DNA from: Myxococcota bacterium
GTDB lineage: Bacteria > Myxococcota_A > UBA796 > CAJQPC01
DNA: 64,000 nt
NCBI GenBank assembly: GCA_036012755.1
Contig: DASCPX010000047.1
Coordinates: 70,560-134,559 of the forward strand
Reading direction: 5' to 3'
Part shown: positions 9,482-19,379 of the stretch, one piece after another
How positions within the stretch are numbered: position 1 is the first letter of the stretch
How the letters are laid out: each line of letters begins with the position of its first letter
The notes under the pieces: generated by a model
Database searches by the model: none
What the model was told of the DNA's origin: nothing
The model's input: the letters and a program-made list of their open reading frames with translations, nothing else
Translations under genes and position numbers: made by a program

Positions 9482-11557
9482 ATGGACCTCTTCGATCGCA
9501 TACGCAAGGACAGTGACGTCCTGCTCGCCGTCGGCGGCTTCTGCCTGCTCGCGATCATGGTGGTCCCCATCCCGCCGTTCGCGCTCGATCTGCTCATCGC
9601 CGTGAGCTTCAGCATCGCGATGCTGGTGCTGTTGACCGTGCTCTACGTGAAGCGTCCGCTGGACTTCTCGGTCTTCCCGACGCTGCTGTTGATCACGACG
9701 GTCTTCCGGCTCTCCCTGAACGTCGCCTCTACCCGCTTGATCCTCCTGGGTGGATCCGACGGAGGTGCTGGCGCGGCCGGACGCATCATCGAGGCCATGG
9801 GCCAGTTCGTCGTCGGCGGCAACTACGCCGTGGGGCTGGTCGTGTTCGTGATCCTGGTGGTCATCAACTTCGTCGTGGTGACCAAGGGCGCCGGTCGCGT
9901 CGCCGAGGTCAGCGCGCGCTTCACCCTGGACGCCATGCCCGGCAAGCAGATGGCGATCGACGCCGAGCTCAACGCCGGCATGATCGACGAGAAGGAGGCG
10001 CGGACCCGCCGGGACGACATCTCGCGCGAGGCCGACTTCTACGGCTCGATGGACGGCGCGAGCAAGTTCATCAAGGGTGACGCCATCGCCGGCATCGTCA
10101 TCACGATCGTCAACGTCGTCGGGGGGATCTTCATCGGCGTCATCCAGGGGGGCATGCCCCTGACCGAGGCGCTCGAGACCTACACGATCCTCACCATCGG
10201 CGACGGCCTGGTGGGCCAGATGCCGGCGCTCGTGATCTCCGCTGCGGCCGGAATGCTCGTGACGCGGGTCCCGGACGACAAGGACGAGAGCCTCGATGAG
10301 CAACTCGGTGGGCAGCTCCTCGGGTCGCCTCGCGTGCTCGCTGTCCTCGCCGTCTCCCTGGGTGGCTTCGCCCTGGTGCCGGGGCTGCGCATCCCCTTCG
10401 CGCTGGTCGCCCTGGCCGTCGGCGCGATGGCCTGGCAGCTCCGCAAGCGCTCCGGGGACAAGGGTGATGCCGACGCCGAAGCCGCTGCCGTCGAGCGCAG
10501 GCCGCTTGGGCCAGAGGACCTCCTCCCCATCGAGCCCCTCGCCATCGAGGTCGGGGTCGACCTGCTGTACCTGGTCGACGACACCCGAGGAGGGGACCTG
10601 GTCGAGCGCATCCAGCGCATCCGGAACCAGTTCGCCCAGGACCTCGGCGTCGTGCTGCCCCCGGTGAACCTGCGCGACGACATGCGGCTCGGCGGCACCG
10701 AGTACGTGATCCTCATCCGCGGCGAGGAGATCGGGCGAGGTGTGGTCCAGCCCCGCCAGCACCTCGCGATCGATCCTGGCGATGCCCAGCCCGGCATCCG
10801 CGGGGTCGAGGCCCAGGACCCGGTCTTCGGCTTGCCCGCCCTCTGGATTCCAGACAGCCAGGTCCTCAAGGCCCAGGCCCGCGGCTACACCGTCGTGGAC
10901 GTGCCGACGGTGCTCACGACGCATCTCACCGAGCTCATGCACCTCCACGCCCACGAGCTCTACGACATGCCCCAGCTGTGCAAGACCCTGGACCGGATCG
11001 CGGAGAAGTCTCCACAGCTGGTCGAGGACCTGGTCCCCGACCCCCTGGGGCGGCAGGCTGTCCTGCGTGTCTTCCGCAATCTCCTGCGCGAGGGCATCAG
11101 CGTGCGCGACGTCCACACGGTGCTCGAGGCGCTCGGCGACTACGCGCTGAAGACCAAGGCGCCGGACGTGCTCACCGAGTTCGTCCGCCAGCGCATGGCC
11201 CGACACATCACCAGGCGCTTCGCCGACGAGGATGGCGTCGTCCACTACCTCGCGCTGGCCTCTGACGCCGAGGACGCCATCTCCCGCGGCTTGCAGGGAG
11301 CAGACGGCGGCGCGATGAGCCTGGTCCTCGACCCCGCCCACGTCCGTCTGCTCCTCGGGGCGATCCGTGAGCACACAGAGGGCTGGTCCGGAGCCGGTCA
11401 CGTCGTGGTGCTCTGCCCGCCGCTGGCGCGTGGACCCTTCCGCCGGCTCGTGGAGAAGGTCGTCCCGCGGGTGGTCGTGCTGAGCCCAGCCGAGCTCGCC
11501 CCCGGCGTGAAGCTCGAGCGCGTCGCCGTCCTGTCGCTCGGGCGCGCAGCGAGCTGA
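9482..11557 (+). CDS. flhA: Flagellar export gate protein FlhA
   Basis: FSVFPTLLL, RLSLNVASTRLIL, RVAEVSARFTLDAMPGKQMAIDAELNAG, EADFYGSMDGASKFIKGDAIAG; flagellar context. Confidence 0.97.
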   Translation: MDLFDRIRKDSDVLLAVGGFCLLAIMVVPIPPFALDLLIAVSFSIAMLVLLTVLYVKRPLDFSVFPTLLLITTVFRLSLNVASTRLILLGGSDGGAGAAGRIIEAMGQFVVGGNYAVGLVVFVILVVINFVVVTKGAGRVAEVSARFTLDAMPGKQMAIDAELNAGMIDEKEARTRRDDISREADFYGSMDGASKFIKGDAIAGIVITIVNVVGGIFIGVIQGGMPLTEALETYTILTIGDGLVGQMPALVISAAAGMLVTRVPDDKDESLDEQLGGQLLGSPRVLAVLAVSLGGFALVPGLRIPFALVALAVGAMAWQLRKRSGDKGDADAEAAAVERRPLGPEDLLPIEPLAIEVGVDLLYLVDDTRGGDLVERIQRIRNQFAQDLGVVLPPVNLRDDMRLGGTEYVILIRGEEIGRGVVQPRQHLAIDPGDAQPGIRGVEAQDPVFGLPALWIPDSQVLKAQARGYTVVDVPTVLTTHLTELMHLHAHELYDMPQLCKTLDRIAEKSPQLVEDLVPDPLGRQAVLRVFRNLLREGISVRDVHTVLEALGDYALKTKAPDVLTEFVRQRMARHITRRFADEDGVVHYLALASDAEDAISRGLQGADGGAMSLVLDPAHVRLLLGAIREHTEGWSGAGHVVVLCPPLARGPFRRLVEKVVPRVVVLSPAELAPGVKLERVAVLSLGRAAS

Positions 11558-11593
11558 TCCGGCCCCCTGGCCTGGTTTGATTCGCTGATTGGC

Positions 11594-11620
11594 TCAAGTT
11601 GCTGTCATAGCAGCCGATCC
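11594..11620 (+). promoter_or_regulatory. sigma28-like promoter upstream of fliA
   Basis: TCAA-N15-GCCGATCC. Confidence 0.6.
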
Positions 11621-11653
11621 GGGAGCACCACCCCCCTCTCGCATGGAGGAAGC

Positions 11654-12451
11654 GTGCTCCGCACCGCGACCGCGTATCAGCGCCAGGCAGACCAGGACGT
11701 CCGCCGGATCGACGGGTTGAACCGGCAGGAGACCTGCCTTCGCTACCAGGGCAAGGTCCTGCTGCTGGCTCGTCGTCTGTCCGAGCGGCTGCCGCCCGGA
11801 TCGGAGGTTGGCCTGCAGGATCTCGTCAGCTACGGAGCGATCGGCCTGCTGGAGGCCTTCGACCGCTACGACGGTGGCCGGAACATCCAGTTCTCGACCT
11901 ACGCCGAGTACCGGATCCGCGGCGCCATGCTCGACGCACTGCGCAGCAACGACACCTTCTCCCGGCGTCGCCGGCAGCTCGCTCGTCGCATCGAGCGGGT
12001 CACCGACGAGGTCCGCCGTGTCCAGGGCCGTGAGCCGGAACCTCGCGAGATCGCACACGCCCTGGAGATCACGCTCGATGAATACTGGGGTGCCGTGGAC
12101 CGCGTGTCCCCGATCTCCCTGCTGTCGATCGACGGAGCCGCGACCGACGCCGACGAGGAGAACCGCACGCTGCTGGAGCAGATCGAGAATCCCGGGAGCC
12201 CGCTCCCCGACAGGGATCTGGACGTCGCGGACCTCCGCCGTCAGCTCAAGGACGCGGTCCGGGCCCTCCCCGAGCGGGAGCGCCACTGCGTGCTGATGTA
12301 CTACGGCAAGGAGCTGAGCCTCGCTGAGATCGGCCAGGTCTACGACGTGACGCCGAGCCGCATCTCCCAGATCCTCACGGCGGCCAGGGGGCGGCTCAAG
12401 AGGAAGCTCCTCGGCAAGATCAACACGAACGATCTCGAGCTGTTGCGATGA
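11654..12451 (+). CDS. fliA: RNA polymerase sigma factor, FliA/WhiG (sigma28) family
   Basis: DLVSYGAIGLLEAFDRYD, FSTYAEYRIRGAMLDALR, ELSLAEIG..SRISQI; GGAGGA RBS before GTG. Confidence 0.95.
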   Translation: MLRTATAYQRQADQDVRRIDGLNRQETCLRYQGKVLLLARRLSERLPPGSEVGLQDLVSYGAIGLLEAFDRYDGGRNIQFSTYAEYRIRGAMLDALRSNDTFSRRRRQLARRIERVTDEVRRVQGREPEPREIAHALEITLDEYWGAVDRVSPISLLSIDGAATDADEENRTLLEQIENPGSPLPDRDLDVADLRRQLKDAVRALPERERHCVLMYYGKELSLAEIGQVYDVTPSRISQILTAARGRLKRKLLGKINTNDLELLR

Positions 12452-13146
12452 GCAGGGATGTCTACACCGCGATGTCGGGGGCCCAGGCGACCTGGAAGGA
12501 GCTGGAGATCCTCGCCAACAACGTCGCGAACGTGAACACGACGGGCTACCGAGCCGGTCGCGTCGCCTTCTCGGTCACCGGTGAGGGGGAGGGTCCCCTC
12601 GGCCAGACGACCACGACGCTCGACGGTGTGGCGCTCTCCAGGAGCCAGGGCTCGCTGAAGGCATCGAACGATCCCAGCCACATGGCGATAAACGGCGAGG
12701 GCTTCTTCACGGTCGCCGCCGGCGACGAGACGCTTCTGACTCGCGACGGCCGCTTCGCCGTCGACAACAGCGGACGCCTCGTCGACCAGAGCGGAAACGC
12801 CGTCCTGGGCGAGGGCGGCCCCATCCAGCTGGAGGTCGGCGAGAGCTTCGCCGTCAGCAAGGACGGGGTCATCGTCGGCAGCACCTCCGGAGAGGTCGGG
12901 CGACTCCGCGTCGCGCTCGCAGACGAGGTCACGCCGGCTGGTGGAAACCACTACCGGGCCATCGGGGAGCTCCGGAACGCCGTCGACTACGGCGTCGTCC
13001 AGGGCCAGCTCGAAGGCTCCAACACAGACCCCATGCGCAGCATGGTCGAGCTGGTAGAGGCCTCTCGCTACTTCGAGGCCTGCCAGAAGGCCATCCAGGC
13101 CTCCGATGAGCTCGACCAACGCGCCAACCGAAGCGGAGGCCGCTGA
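12448..13146 (+). CDS. flgF: Flagellar basal-body rod protein FlgF
   Basis: ANNVANVNTTGYR, AINGEGFF, TRDGRF, LEGSN; directly before flgG. Confidence 0.9.
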   Translation: MSRDVYTAMSGAQATWKELEILANNVANVNTTGYRAGRVAFSVTGEGEGPLGQTTTTLDGVALSRSQGSLKASNDPSHMAINGEGFFTVAAGDETLLTRDGRFAVDNSGRLVDQSGNAVLGEGGPIQLEVGESFAVSKDGVIVGSTSGEVGRLRVALADEVTPAGGNHYRAIGELRNAVDYGVVQGQLEGSNTDPMRSMVELVEASRYFEACQKAIQASDELDQRANRSGGR

Positions 13147-13907
13147 TGAAAGCGCTCTACACGGCCGCGACGGGCATGAACGCCCAGCAGACGCGGCTCG
13201 ACAACATCGCCAACAACCTCGCGAACGTGAACACGACCGCCTACAAGAAGCAGTCGGCTGCCTTCGAGGACCTCTTCTACGAGGAGGTCGAGGCCACCGG
13301 CGGCGACGAGTCGCAGATGGTCCAGGTCGGTGGCGGTGTCAAGCTCGCCAGCACCAACCGGGACTTCACAGGCGGAGCCCTCGTCAAGACCTCCAGCTCG
13401 CTGGACTTCGCGATCGAGGGAGAGGGCTTCTTCGTCCTCGAGACCGTGGAGGGTGAGCCCCGCTACACCCGCGACGGGAGCTTCCGCACCGACAGTGACG
13501 GGCTCCTCGTCAACAGCGCTGGCCTTCGACTCTCCGGCGACATCAGCCTCCCGGACGAGCACAACGGCATCGTCCTGTTGGAGGACGGGACGCTCACGGC
13601 CCTGTCGATCGACGGCTCGGGCGAGGAGATCCTCGGCCAGTTGGAGCTCGCACGCTTCACGAACCCCGGGGGCCTCGACGCCCTCGGCGGCAACCTCTAC
13701 ATGCAGTCGGCGGCATCCGGCGAGCCCTTGTCGCTCGAGCTCGGATCCACCACGACTGTCCGTCAGTACTACCTCGAGGGCTCGAACGTGGACATCGCGT
13801 CCGAGCTCATCGGGATGATCGAGGCGCAGCGCGCCTACGAACTCACCTCCAAGGTCGTGCAAGCGGCCGACGAGAACCTCCAGACCGCCGTCAACCTGAA
13901 GCGCTGA
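13146..13907 (+). CDS. flgG: Flagellar distal rod protein FlgG
   Basis: MKALYTAATGMNAQQ, IANNLANVNT, FEDLFY, YTRDGSF, LEGSNV, AQRAYE..SKVVQAADE. Confidence 0.95.
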   Translation: MKALYTAATGMNAQQTRLDNIANNLANVNTTAYKKQSAAFEDLFYEEVEATGGDESQMVQVGGGVKLASTNRDFTGGALVKTSSSLDFAIEGEGFFVLETVEGEPRYTRDGSFRTDSDGLLVNSAGLRLSGDISLPDEHNGIVLLEDGTLTALSIDGSGEEILGQLELARFTNPGGLDALGGNLYMQSAASGEPLSLELGSTTTVRQYYLEGSNVDIASELIGMIEAQRAYELTSKVVQAADENLQTAVNLKR

Positions 13908-13911
13908 ACTC

Positions 13912-14529
13912 GTGCTGTTCGCCCTCGCCAACGTCGCCCTCGCCAACCAGTCCCAGGTCGAAGAAGCCCTGGCTCGCTGGGCCGCAGAGGAGTGCGACGC
14001 GGTGCAGGTCGAAGTGCATTGGCTCGGGCTGTCAGACCCGGTGGAGCTGGATCCCGAGGCACGGTTCGTCTTCGAAGGCGAACCCTGTCGCAGGAGCCCG
14101 GCGGTGAAGCTCCGCGTCGCGGAGCCCGGCAAGGAGCCCTGGTCCGTCACCATGCGTCCACAGCTGGAGCTGTGGGTTGAAGCGCCGGTGGCCACGGAGA
14201 CCGCTTCTGCTGGTGATATCGTTCGGACTCGAAGCGGGATCGTGGAGCTCATGGAGGTTCGGGGCGACCCCCTCGAAGGGGAGCTCCTGGCTCGCACCCG
14301 CATCGAAGCGGGGGAGCCCGTCACGACCTACACGGCCCGCGCGCTCCCCGACGCCCGTCGCGGAGCAGAGGTCACGGTCGTGGCACAGCGAGGTTCCCTG
14401 CGCGTGAGCGCTCCCGGGCGCCTCTCAGAGGACGGCGTGGTTGGCGCGCAGGTCCGCGTGGTCAACCAGGTCACGGCGGCGACCCTCGAAGGGATCCTCG
14501 TCGATGCGGAGACTGTCGAGATCAACTGA
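13912..14529 (+). CDS. flgA: P-ring assembly chaperone FlgA
   Basis: Lies between flgG and flgH; SAF-like region and C-terminal RGAEVTV..GRLSEDG..GAQVRVVN. Confidence 0.8.
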   Translation: MLFALANVALANQSQVEEALARWAAEECDAVQVEVHWLGLSDPVELDPEARFVFEGEPCRRSPAVKLRVAEPGKEPWSVTMRPQLELWVEAPVATETASAGDIVRTRSGIVELMEVRGDPLEGELLARTRIEAGEPVTTYTARALPDARRGAEVTVVAQRGSLRVSAPGRLSEDGVVGAQVRVVNQVTAATLEGILVDAETVEIN

Positions 14530-14553
14530 ACGATAATCGGTATATGGAGTGAT

Positions 14554-15198
14554 GTGATGCTTCTCTTGATGCTCGGAGCGGCCCTCGCGGGGCCGCCGGA
14601 GCCGCCTGCGCCTTCTGGCGTGGCCTATGTCGAGCCGACCGAGCTCACGGCGGATCAGATCCGCCGGAACCTCGGCGTCGACTACGGCACGCGAGAGCTG
14701 GGAAGCCTCGTCGTGGTCACGATCGACGAGGCCACGTCGGCCTCTCTCGGCGCTACGACCAACACCTCTCGGGCGAGCACGGCGGACGCCAGGATCACCG
14801 GCTTCTTCGGGCTCGTCACCCAGGCGATCTCGGCCAACCCGTCGATGAACTTCGAGGACAGCATCGGGCTCGGCGGGTCCAGTGACGCGGACTTCGCCGG
14901 GGCCGGAGACACAGCCCGTTCCTCGGCGATCGTCGCGGTGGTGAGCTGCGAAGTCATCGAGATCGCAGAGAACGGGAACCTCCATGTCTGGGGCTACAAG
15001 ATGATCACAGCCAACAACGAGACGGAGTACCTGACCGTCGACGGCTGGGTCCGCCCGCGTGACATCAGCATCGAGAACGCCGTCGCGTCCCAGCGCCTGG
15101 CCCGCGCGAGCATCGAGCTCAAGGGTGACGGCGTTCTGGACGACAAGCAGAGTCCGGGGCTCGGTACGCGCCTCATGGACCACGCCTGGCCCTTCTAG
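14554..15198 (+). CDS. flgH: Flagellar L-ring protein FlgH
   Basis: GSLVVVTIDE, NGNLHVWG, GWVRPRDISIENAVASQRLARASI, PGLG..WPF; no lipobox Cys visible. Confidence 0.9.
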   Translation: MMLLLMLGAALAGPPEPPAPSGVAYVEPTELTADQIRRNLGVDYGTRELGSLVVVTIDEATSASLGATTNTSRASTADARITGFFGLVTQAISANPSMNFEDSIGLGGSSDADFAGAGDTARSSAIVAVVSCEVIEIAENGNLHVWGYKMITANNETEYLTVDGWVRPRDISIENAVASQRLARASIELKGDGVLDDKQSPGLGTRLMDHAWPF

Positions 15199-15207
15199 GA
15201 GAGAGAC

Positions 15208-16278
15208 GTGTTGCTCGCCCTGCTCATTGCCTCCACCGACGCCCAGGCAGAGGTCCGCGCAAAGGACGTCGGCCACTTCGCCCACATGGAGGAGCGGGTG
15301 GTCCGCGGCTACGGCGTCGTGACCGGGCTCGCCCGCACCGGCGACTCCACCAAGAACGTCGCGGCGAGCCAGATCCTCGTCCAGCAAGCCAACGTGCAGG
15401 GCTACAATACCGACGGGCTGACCTCGAGGAACATCGCCCTGGTCGAGGTCCAGGCCATCGTCCCCTCGGATGCCCGCAAGGGGGCCAAGGTCGACATCAC
15501 CGTGTCCTCGCTGGGGGACGCCACCTCGCTGATGGGCGGCCAGCTCGGCGTGACGATGCTCAACGACCTCGCCGGGAACCTGATGGCGACCGCGCAGGGC
15601 GCGCTGACCGTCGGGGGCTACTCCTCCAGCGGGGGCGGGGACTCCAGCACCAAGAACCACACGACCGTGGCCTACGTCGCCGACGGCGGCATGCTGGTCG
15701 CCGACGCCGTGAGCTCCAATCTCACCGACAGGACCCTCGTCGAGTACGTGCTCTCCGAGCCCGACTGGACGACCGTGGCGAACCTGGCCGACAGCATCAA
15801 CGAGAGCTTCGGCGAAGAGGTCGCGATCCCGGTGTCGTCCTCGACGGTCGAGATCCTCATCCCAGAGGACTACAGCGGGCGCTTCCCATGGTTCGCCGCG
15901 AAGGTAGAGGCTGTGATGCTCGAGGTCGACCACCCCGCGGTCGTGATCGTCAACGAGCGGACCGGCACTGTCGTCATGGGGGCCGGGGTCCGCATCGACG
16001 ACGTCGCCATCGCCCACGGCGGACTCACGATCGAGGTCGACAACAGGGTGGAGGTCGTCCAGCCCGAGCTCCTGAGCTTCGGCACGACGGCGGTCGTCGC
16101 GAACGGAGCGATCGAGGTCCGAGAGGCCGACGGCGAGCTCAACGTCGTCGGCGGCACGACCATCGGCGACCTCGTCGGTGCGCTCAACGCCATGGGCGTC
16201 AAGCCCCGCGATCTCATCGTCATCCTGCAGATGATCGAGGCCTCGGGCTCGCTGCACGCCGAGCTGCAGGTCAAGTGA
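15208..16278 (+). CDS. flgI: Flagellar P-ring protein FlgI
   Basis: GYGVVTGLARTGD, NIALV, VSSLGDATSLMGG, NERTGTVV, ALNAMGVKPRDLI.ILQ..GSLHAEL. Confidence 0.96.
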   Translation: MLLALLIASTDAQAEVRAKDVGHFAHMEERVVRGYGVVTGLARTGDSTKNVAASQILVQQANVQGYNTDGLTSRNIALVEVQAIVPSDARKGAKVDITVSSLGDATSLMGGQLGVTMLNDLAGNLMATAQGALTVGGYSSSGGGDSSTKNHTTVAYVADGGMLVADAVSSNLTDRTLVEYVLSEPDWTTVANLADSINESFGEEVAIPVSSSTVEILIPEDYSGRFPWFAAKVEAVMLEVDHPAVVIVNERTGTVVMGAGVRIDDVAIAHGGLTIEVDNRVEVVQPELLSFGTTAVVANGAIEVREADGELNVVGGTTIGDLVGALNAMGVKPRDLIVILQMIEASGSLHAELQVK

Positions 16279-16886
16279 GCGACGTCGGCGCCGGCGCCCA
16301 GCTGGAGGCACAGTTCGTCCAGCTGGTGATGAAGGAGTTCCGCAAGGCCCTCCCGAAGGAGCTCGCCGGCGGAAAGGCGGGGGAGATGTTCTCCGAGCTC
16401 TTCGACCAGGAGATCGCCAAGCGGCTGGTCGAGGGCGGCCAGCTCGGCATCGCCGAGGTCATCGACGCCCAGCTCGCTCGTGACGGCGAGGTCCAGAGCC
16501 CCATCGAGGGCGGCCTCCGCGCCACGAGCCAGTACGGCTGGCGGCGCCACCCGGTCCTCGGCGAGATGGTCCACCACGATGGCCTCGACCTGCACGCCGA
16601 GCGCGGTACGCCGATCCGGCCGGTGCGTCCGGGGACAGTCGTCTTCGCGGGAGCAGAGGGCGGCTACGGCAACCTCGTGGTCGTGGAGCACGAAGACGGA
16701 AGCACGTCGCGCTACGCTCACTGCGAGGCCCTGTTGGTCTCCGAGGGGCAAGACGTCCGCTTCGGTGACACCCTCGCCACGGTCGGCCAGACGGGCACGG
16801 CCACCGGCCCGCACCTCCACCTCGAGCTGCGCGGCGCCGACGGGCGCTCGATCGACCCGGGTCCGGTCCTCGGCCTCGAACAATAG
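16275..16886 (+). CDS. flgJ: FlgJ-like rod-binding domain fused to an M23 peptidase
   Basis: LEAQFVQLVMKEFRK..MFSELFDQEIA..GQLGIAE followed by HDGLDL, GYGN, RYAH, TGPHLHLE; GTG overlaps flgI stop. Confidence 0.8.
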   Translation: MSDVGAGAQLEAQFVQLVMKEFRKALPKELAGGKAGEMFSELFDQEIAKRLVEGGQLGIAEVIDAQLARDGEVQSPIEGGLRATSQYGWRRHPVLGEMVHHDGLDLHAERGTPIRPVRPGTVVFAGAEGGYGNLVVVEHEDGSTSRYAHCEALLVSEGQDVRFGDTLATVGQTGTATGPHLHLELRGADGRSIDPGPVLGLEQ

Positions 16887-16889
16887 GGC

Positions 16890-16916
16890 TAAAGCCCCGG
16901 ATCGCCGGTCCGATGA
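16890..16916 (+). promoter_or_regulatory. sigma28 promoter of the flgM-flgN-flgK unit
   Basis: TAAA-N15-TCCGATGA. Confidence 0.75.
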
Positions 16917-16954
16917 GGGGGCACTGCTCTCTGCGCAGTCTCTCAGAGGACACC

Positions 16955-17236
16955 ATGAAGATCACCGGCAACACCCCGATCAACGCCGTCCACGGCCCCC
17001 AGGGAGCCGCCCGGGCCCGCGGGACGACCCGCGCCGAGGGCTCCGGCCCTGCCGCGCAGGTCCAGCTGTCTGCGGACGCCTCCTGGATCTCTGCCTTGCG
17101 TGACGAGGTTGGGGCCGCGGAGACCGGCATCAGGACAGACGTGGTCGAGGAGACCAGGAACCAGCTGCGGGCGGGCACGCTCGACGCCGACGTCGACCTC
17201 GGGGCCGTGATCGACAGCCTGTTGGCCGAGCTGTGA
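16955..17236 (+). CDS. flgM: Anti-sigma28 factor FlgM
   Basis: MKI start, QVQLS, IRTDVVEETRNQLRAGT; position before flgN/flgK. Confidence 0.8.
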   Translation: MKITGNTPINAVHGPQGAARARGTTRAEGSGPAAQVQLSADASWISALRDEVGAAETGIRTDVVEETRNQLRAGTLDADVDLGAVIDSLLAEL

Positions 17237-17553
17237 CGGACGAACGCCTCCGGTTGCTGCGCGAGCTGCTGGCCCTGACCCGGGAGCAGGTCGAGGCGGC
17301 GCGCCAGCTGGACGGTGCTCACCTGGCGGAGCTGAACACCTTGCGGGCCGATCGCAGCTTCGAGCTCCAGGTCGCGCTGCAGGAGGGCGTGCCAGAGGAG
17401 CTCCGCGCCGAGATCGCTGCGGACGCAGCCACCCTGCGCATGCTGGAGATCCGGCTCGAACGCATCGCTGGCTCCGTCGTGAACATCCTCGACGCGGCGC
17501 GTCCGGCTCCGCGGACCCGCACATACGGGCGTCGTGGTCGGATGGCGGGCTGA
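17233..17553 (+). CDS. FlgN-like export chaperone
   Basis: Helical 106-aa protein between flgM and flgK ending TYGRRG, like FlgN C-termini. Confidence 0.6.
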   Translation: MTDERLRLLRELLALTREQVEAARQLDGAHLAELNTLRADRSFELQVALQEGVPEELRAEIAADAATLRMLEIRLERIAGSVVNILDAARPAPRTRTYGRRGRMAG

Positions 17554-17556
17554 CCC

Positions 17557-18933
17557 ATGGGTGTCAGCTCTGCCCTGGACTCTGCGCGAAGCGGCCTGTC
17601 AGCGGCCAGCCTGGCGATCGAGACGACCTCCAACAACGTCGCGAACGCCGCGACCGAGGGCTACTCCCGCCAGTCGGTCGACCTGGCGAACAACGACCCG
17701 GTCCGCATCAGCGGCGTGCAGCTCGGCACGGGGGTGGTGGCCGAGAGCATCGATCGCGCCTCGGATCGGTTCCTCACCAGCCAGATCGTGGAGGAGGCCG
17801 GGAGCGCCTCGTCAGCGGAGACCCTCCGGGACGTGCTGGTCCTGGCGGAGTCATGGCTCGCCGACTCCGAGGTCGAGGGGCTGACCTCTCGCCTCCAGGG
17901 GGTCTTCGACTCGATGCAGGCGGCCACGGCCGATCCGGGGGACGCGACCTACCGGAGCTCTGTCGCCAACGCGGCGGACAGCTTCGCGACCAGCTTCCAG
18001 CGGACCGCGACGGCGCTGAGCGACTTGATCAAGGACGTCGAGGACAAGCTCGACACCATGGTGGAGGGCACGAACTCCCTGCTGGAACAGGTGGCGGGGC
18101 TGAACCAACGCATCGTCGCCTCAGACGGAGCGGCGGATCTCCTGGACCAGCGGGATCGCCTGCTGGCCGAGATCGCCGAGGTGATCGGCACCACCGCGAG
18201 GATCAACACGGACGGCTCGGCCACCGTGATGCTGGGCGGGCACGCCCTCGTCAGCGGGGTGGAGAGTCGGAGCCTGGAGGTCGGCGAGGACGACGACGGC
18301 GACCTGGTGGTGACGATGACGGCAGGAAACGCCGGCATCAACGTCGGCGACGAGCTCGGCGGCAGCGTCGGCGGAAACGTCCGGGGTGTCGAGGACATAG
18401 AGGACTACCTGGAGCGGCTCGACGATCTCGCCGAGGAGCTCGCGGACGCCTTCAACGATGTCCACGCCGCGGGCTACGACCGGGACGGGAACGCCGGCGC
18501 GGACTTCTTCGAGGTCACCGCCAGCGACGGTCACAGCGCAATGGGGTTCACCTTCAACGCCTCGCTGCTCGACGACCCGACGCTGCTGGCCTTCGCCGCG
18601 GACTCCAGCGCGAACATCGGGGACGGCGGCAACCTCGAGGATCTGCTGGCCATCGAGACCTCGGACGTCTTCGTCGACGACTCGACGACCGCTGAGAAGG
18701 CGCTGTTGTCGCTGCTGTCGGATGTCGGAGCGGACGTGGTCGCCGCGACCACTGACGCGGACCACGCCTCGGCGATCCTCGCTGACCTGCAGGGTCTGCG
18801 GGACGCCATCGCCGGGGTCGACCTCGACGAAGAGGCAATCAACCTGATCAAGTTCCAGGCCGCCTACCAGGCCGCCGCCAAGGTCATCCGCGCGACGGAC
18901 ACGATGCTCCAGAACCTGATGGACATCGTCTGA
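17557..18933 (+). CDS. flgK: Hook-associated protein FlgK
   Basis: SNNVANAATEGYSRQ, GTGV, LLDQRD, GVDLDEEAINLIKFQAAYQAAAKVI. Confidence 0.95.
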   Translation: MGVSSALDSARSGLSAASLAIETTSNNVANAATEGYSRQSVDLANNDPVRISGVQLGTGVVAESIDRASDRFLTSQIVEEAGSASSAETLRDVLVLAESWLADSEVEGLTSRLQGVFDSMQAATADPGDATYRSSVANAADSFATSFQRTATALSDLIKDVEDKLDTMVEGTNSLLEQVAGLNQRIVASDGAADLLDQRDRLLAEIAEVIGTTARINTDGSATVMLGGHALVSGVESRSLEVGEDDDGDLVVTMTAGNAGINVGDELGGSVGGNVRGVEDIEDYLERLDDLAEELADAFNDVHAAGYDRDGNAGADFFEVTASDGHSAMGFTFNASLLDDPTLLAFAADSSANIGDGGNLEDLLAIETSDVFVDDSTTAEKALLSLLSDVGADVVAATTDADHASAILADLQGLRDAIAGVDLDEEAINLIKFQAAYQAAAKVIRATDTMLQNLMDIV

Positions 18934-18971
18934 GACTGGATTGAGGCGGATCCCGTCGTTAGAACCGGCGG

Positions 18972-19327
18972 ATGAAAGAACAGAAAGTCCGGATCCTGAT
19001 CCTCGATGACGAGGATCTCTCCGTCGGAGCCTCGGTCGCCTGCTTCGAAGGCAAGACGCCGTCGAGGTCGCCAGCGGCGAGGAGGTCCTGGACCTGCTGG
19101 CGGGGAGCTACTTCGACGGGATCCTCTGCGACCTGTTGATGCCGGCGATGGACGGGCTCGAGTTCTACGAGGCGCTCCGGCTGCGCGACCCCACCCAGGC
19201 CGCCCGGGTGGTCTTCTTGACGGGGAGCTCCGGACGGCCGGTCTCCGCGCTCCAGGGTGTTCGCGTGATCGACAAGCCGCCCGATCCTGAGACCCTGTAC
19301 GAGCTGGTCGGGGACTGGAAGGGCTGA
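18972..19327 (+). pseudogene. Single-domain response regulator with an apparent one-base deletion near 19015-19021
   Basis: MKEQKVRILILDDEDL in one frame continues as RRSLGRLL..FDGILCDLLMPAMDGLE..VVFLTG..IDKP in another; adding one C (gat ctc ctc cgt) restores a full receiver domain. Confidence 0.75.
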
Positions 19328-19344
19328 ACTCGGGCAGGATCTTG

Positions 19345-19371
19345 TGAAGTTGTGCTGATCGCGTCCGATGA
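19345..19371 (+). promoter_or_regulatory. sigma28-like promoter upstream of flgL
   Basis: TGAA-N15-TCCGATGA. Confidence 0.6.
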
Positions 19372-19379
19372 GGGACGTG

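Noticed and set aside
9401..11401. N-terminal extension of the 1156-aa ORF suggesting a giant HDOD-GGDEF protein
   Set aside because: It is the antisense of flhA; real domains begin near 9388
14510..14545. sigma28 promoter before flgH (AACGATAA)
   Set aside because: No matching -35 element at the right spacing
19010..19025. Programmed frameshift in the response regulator (also near 60250)
   Set aside because: No slippery heptamer or homopolymer tract at either site
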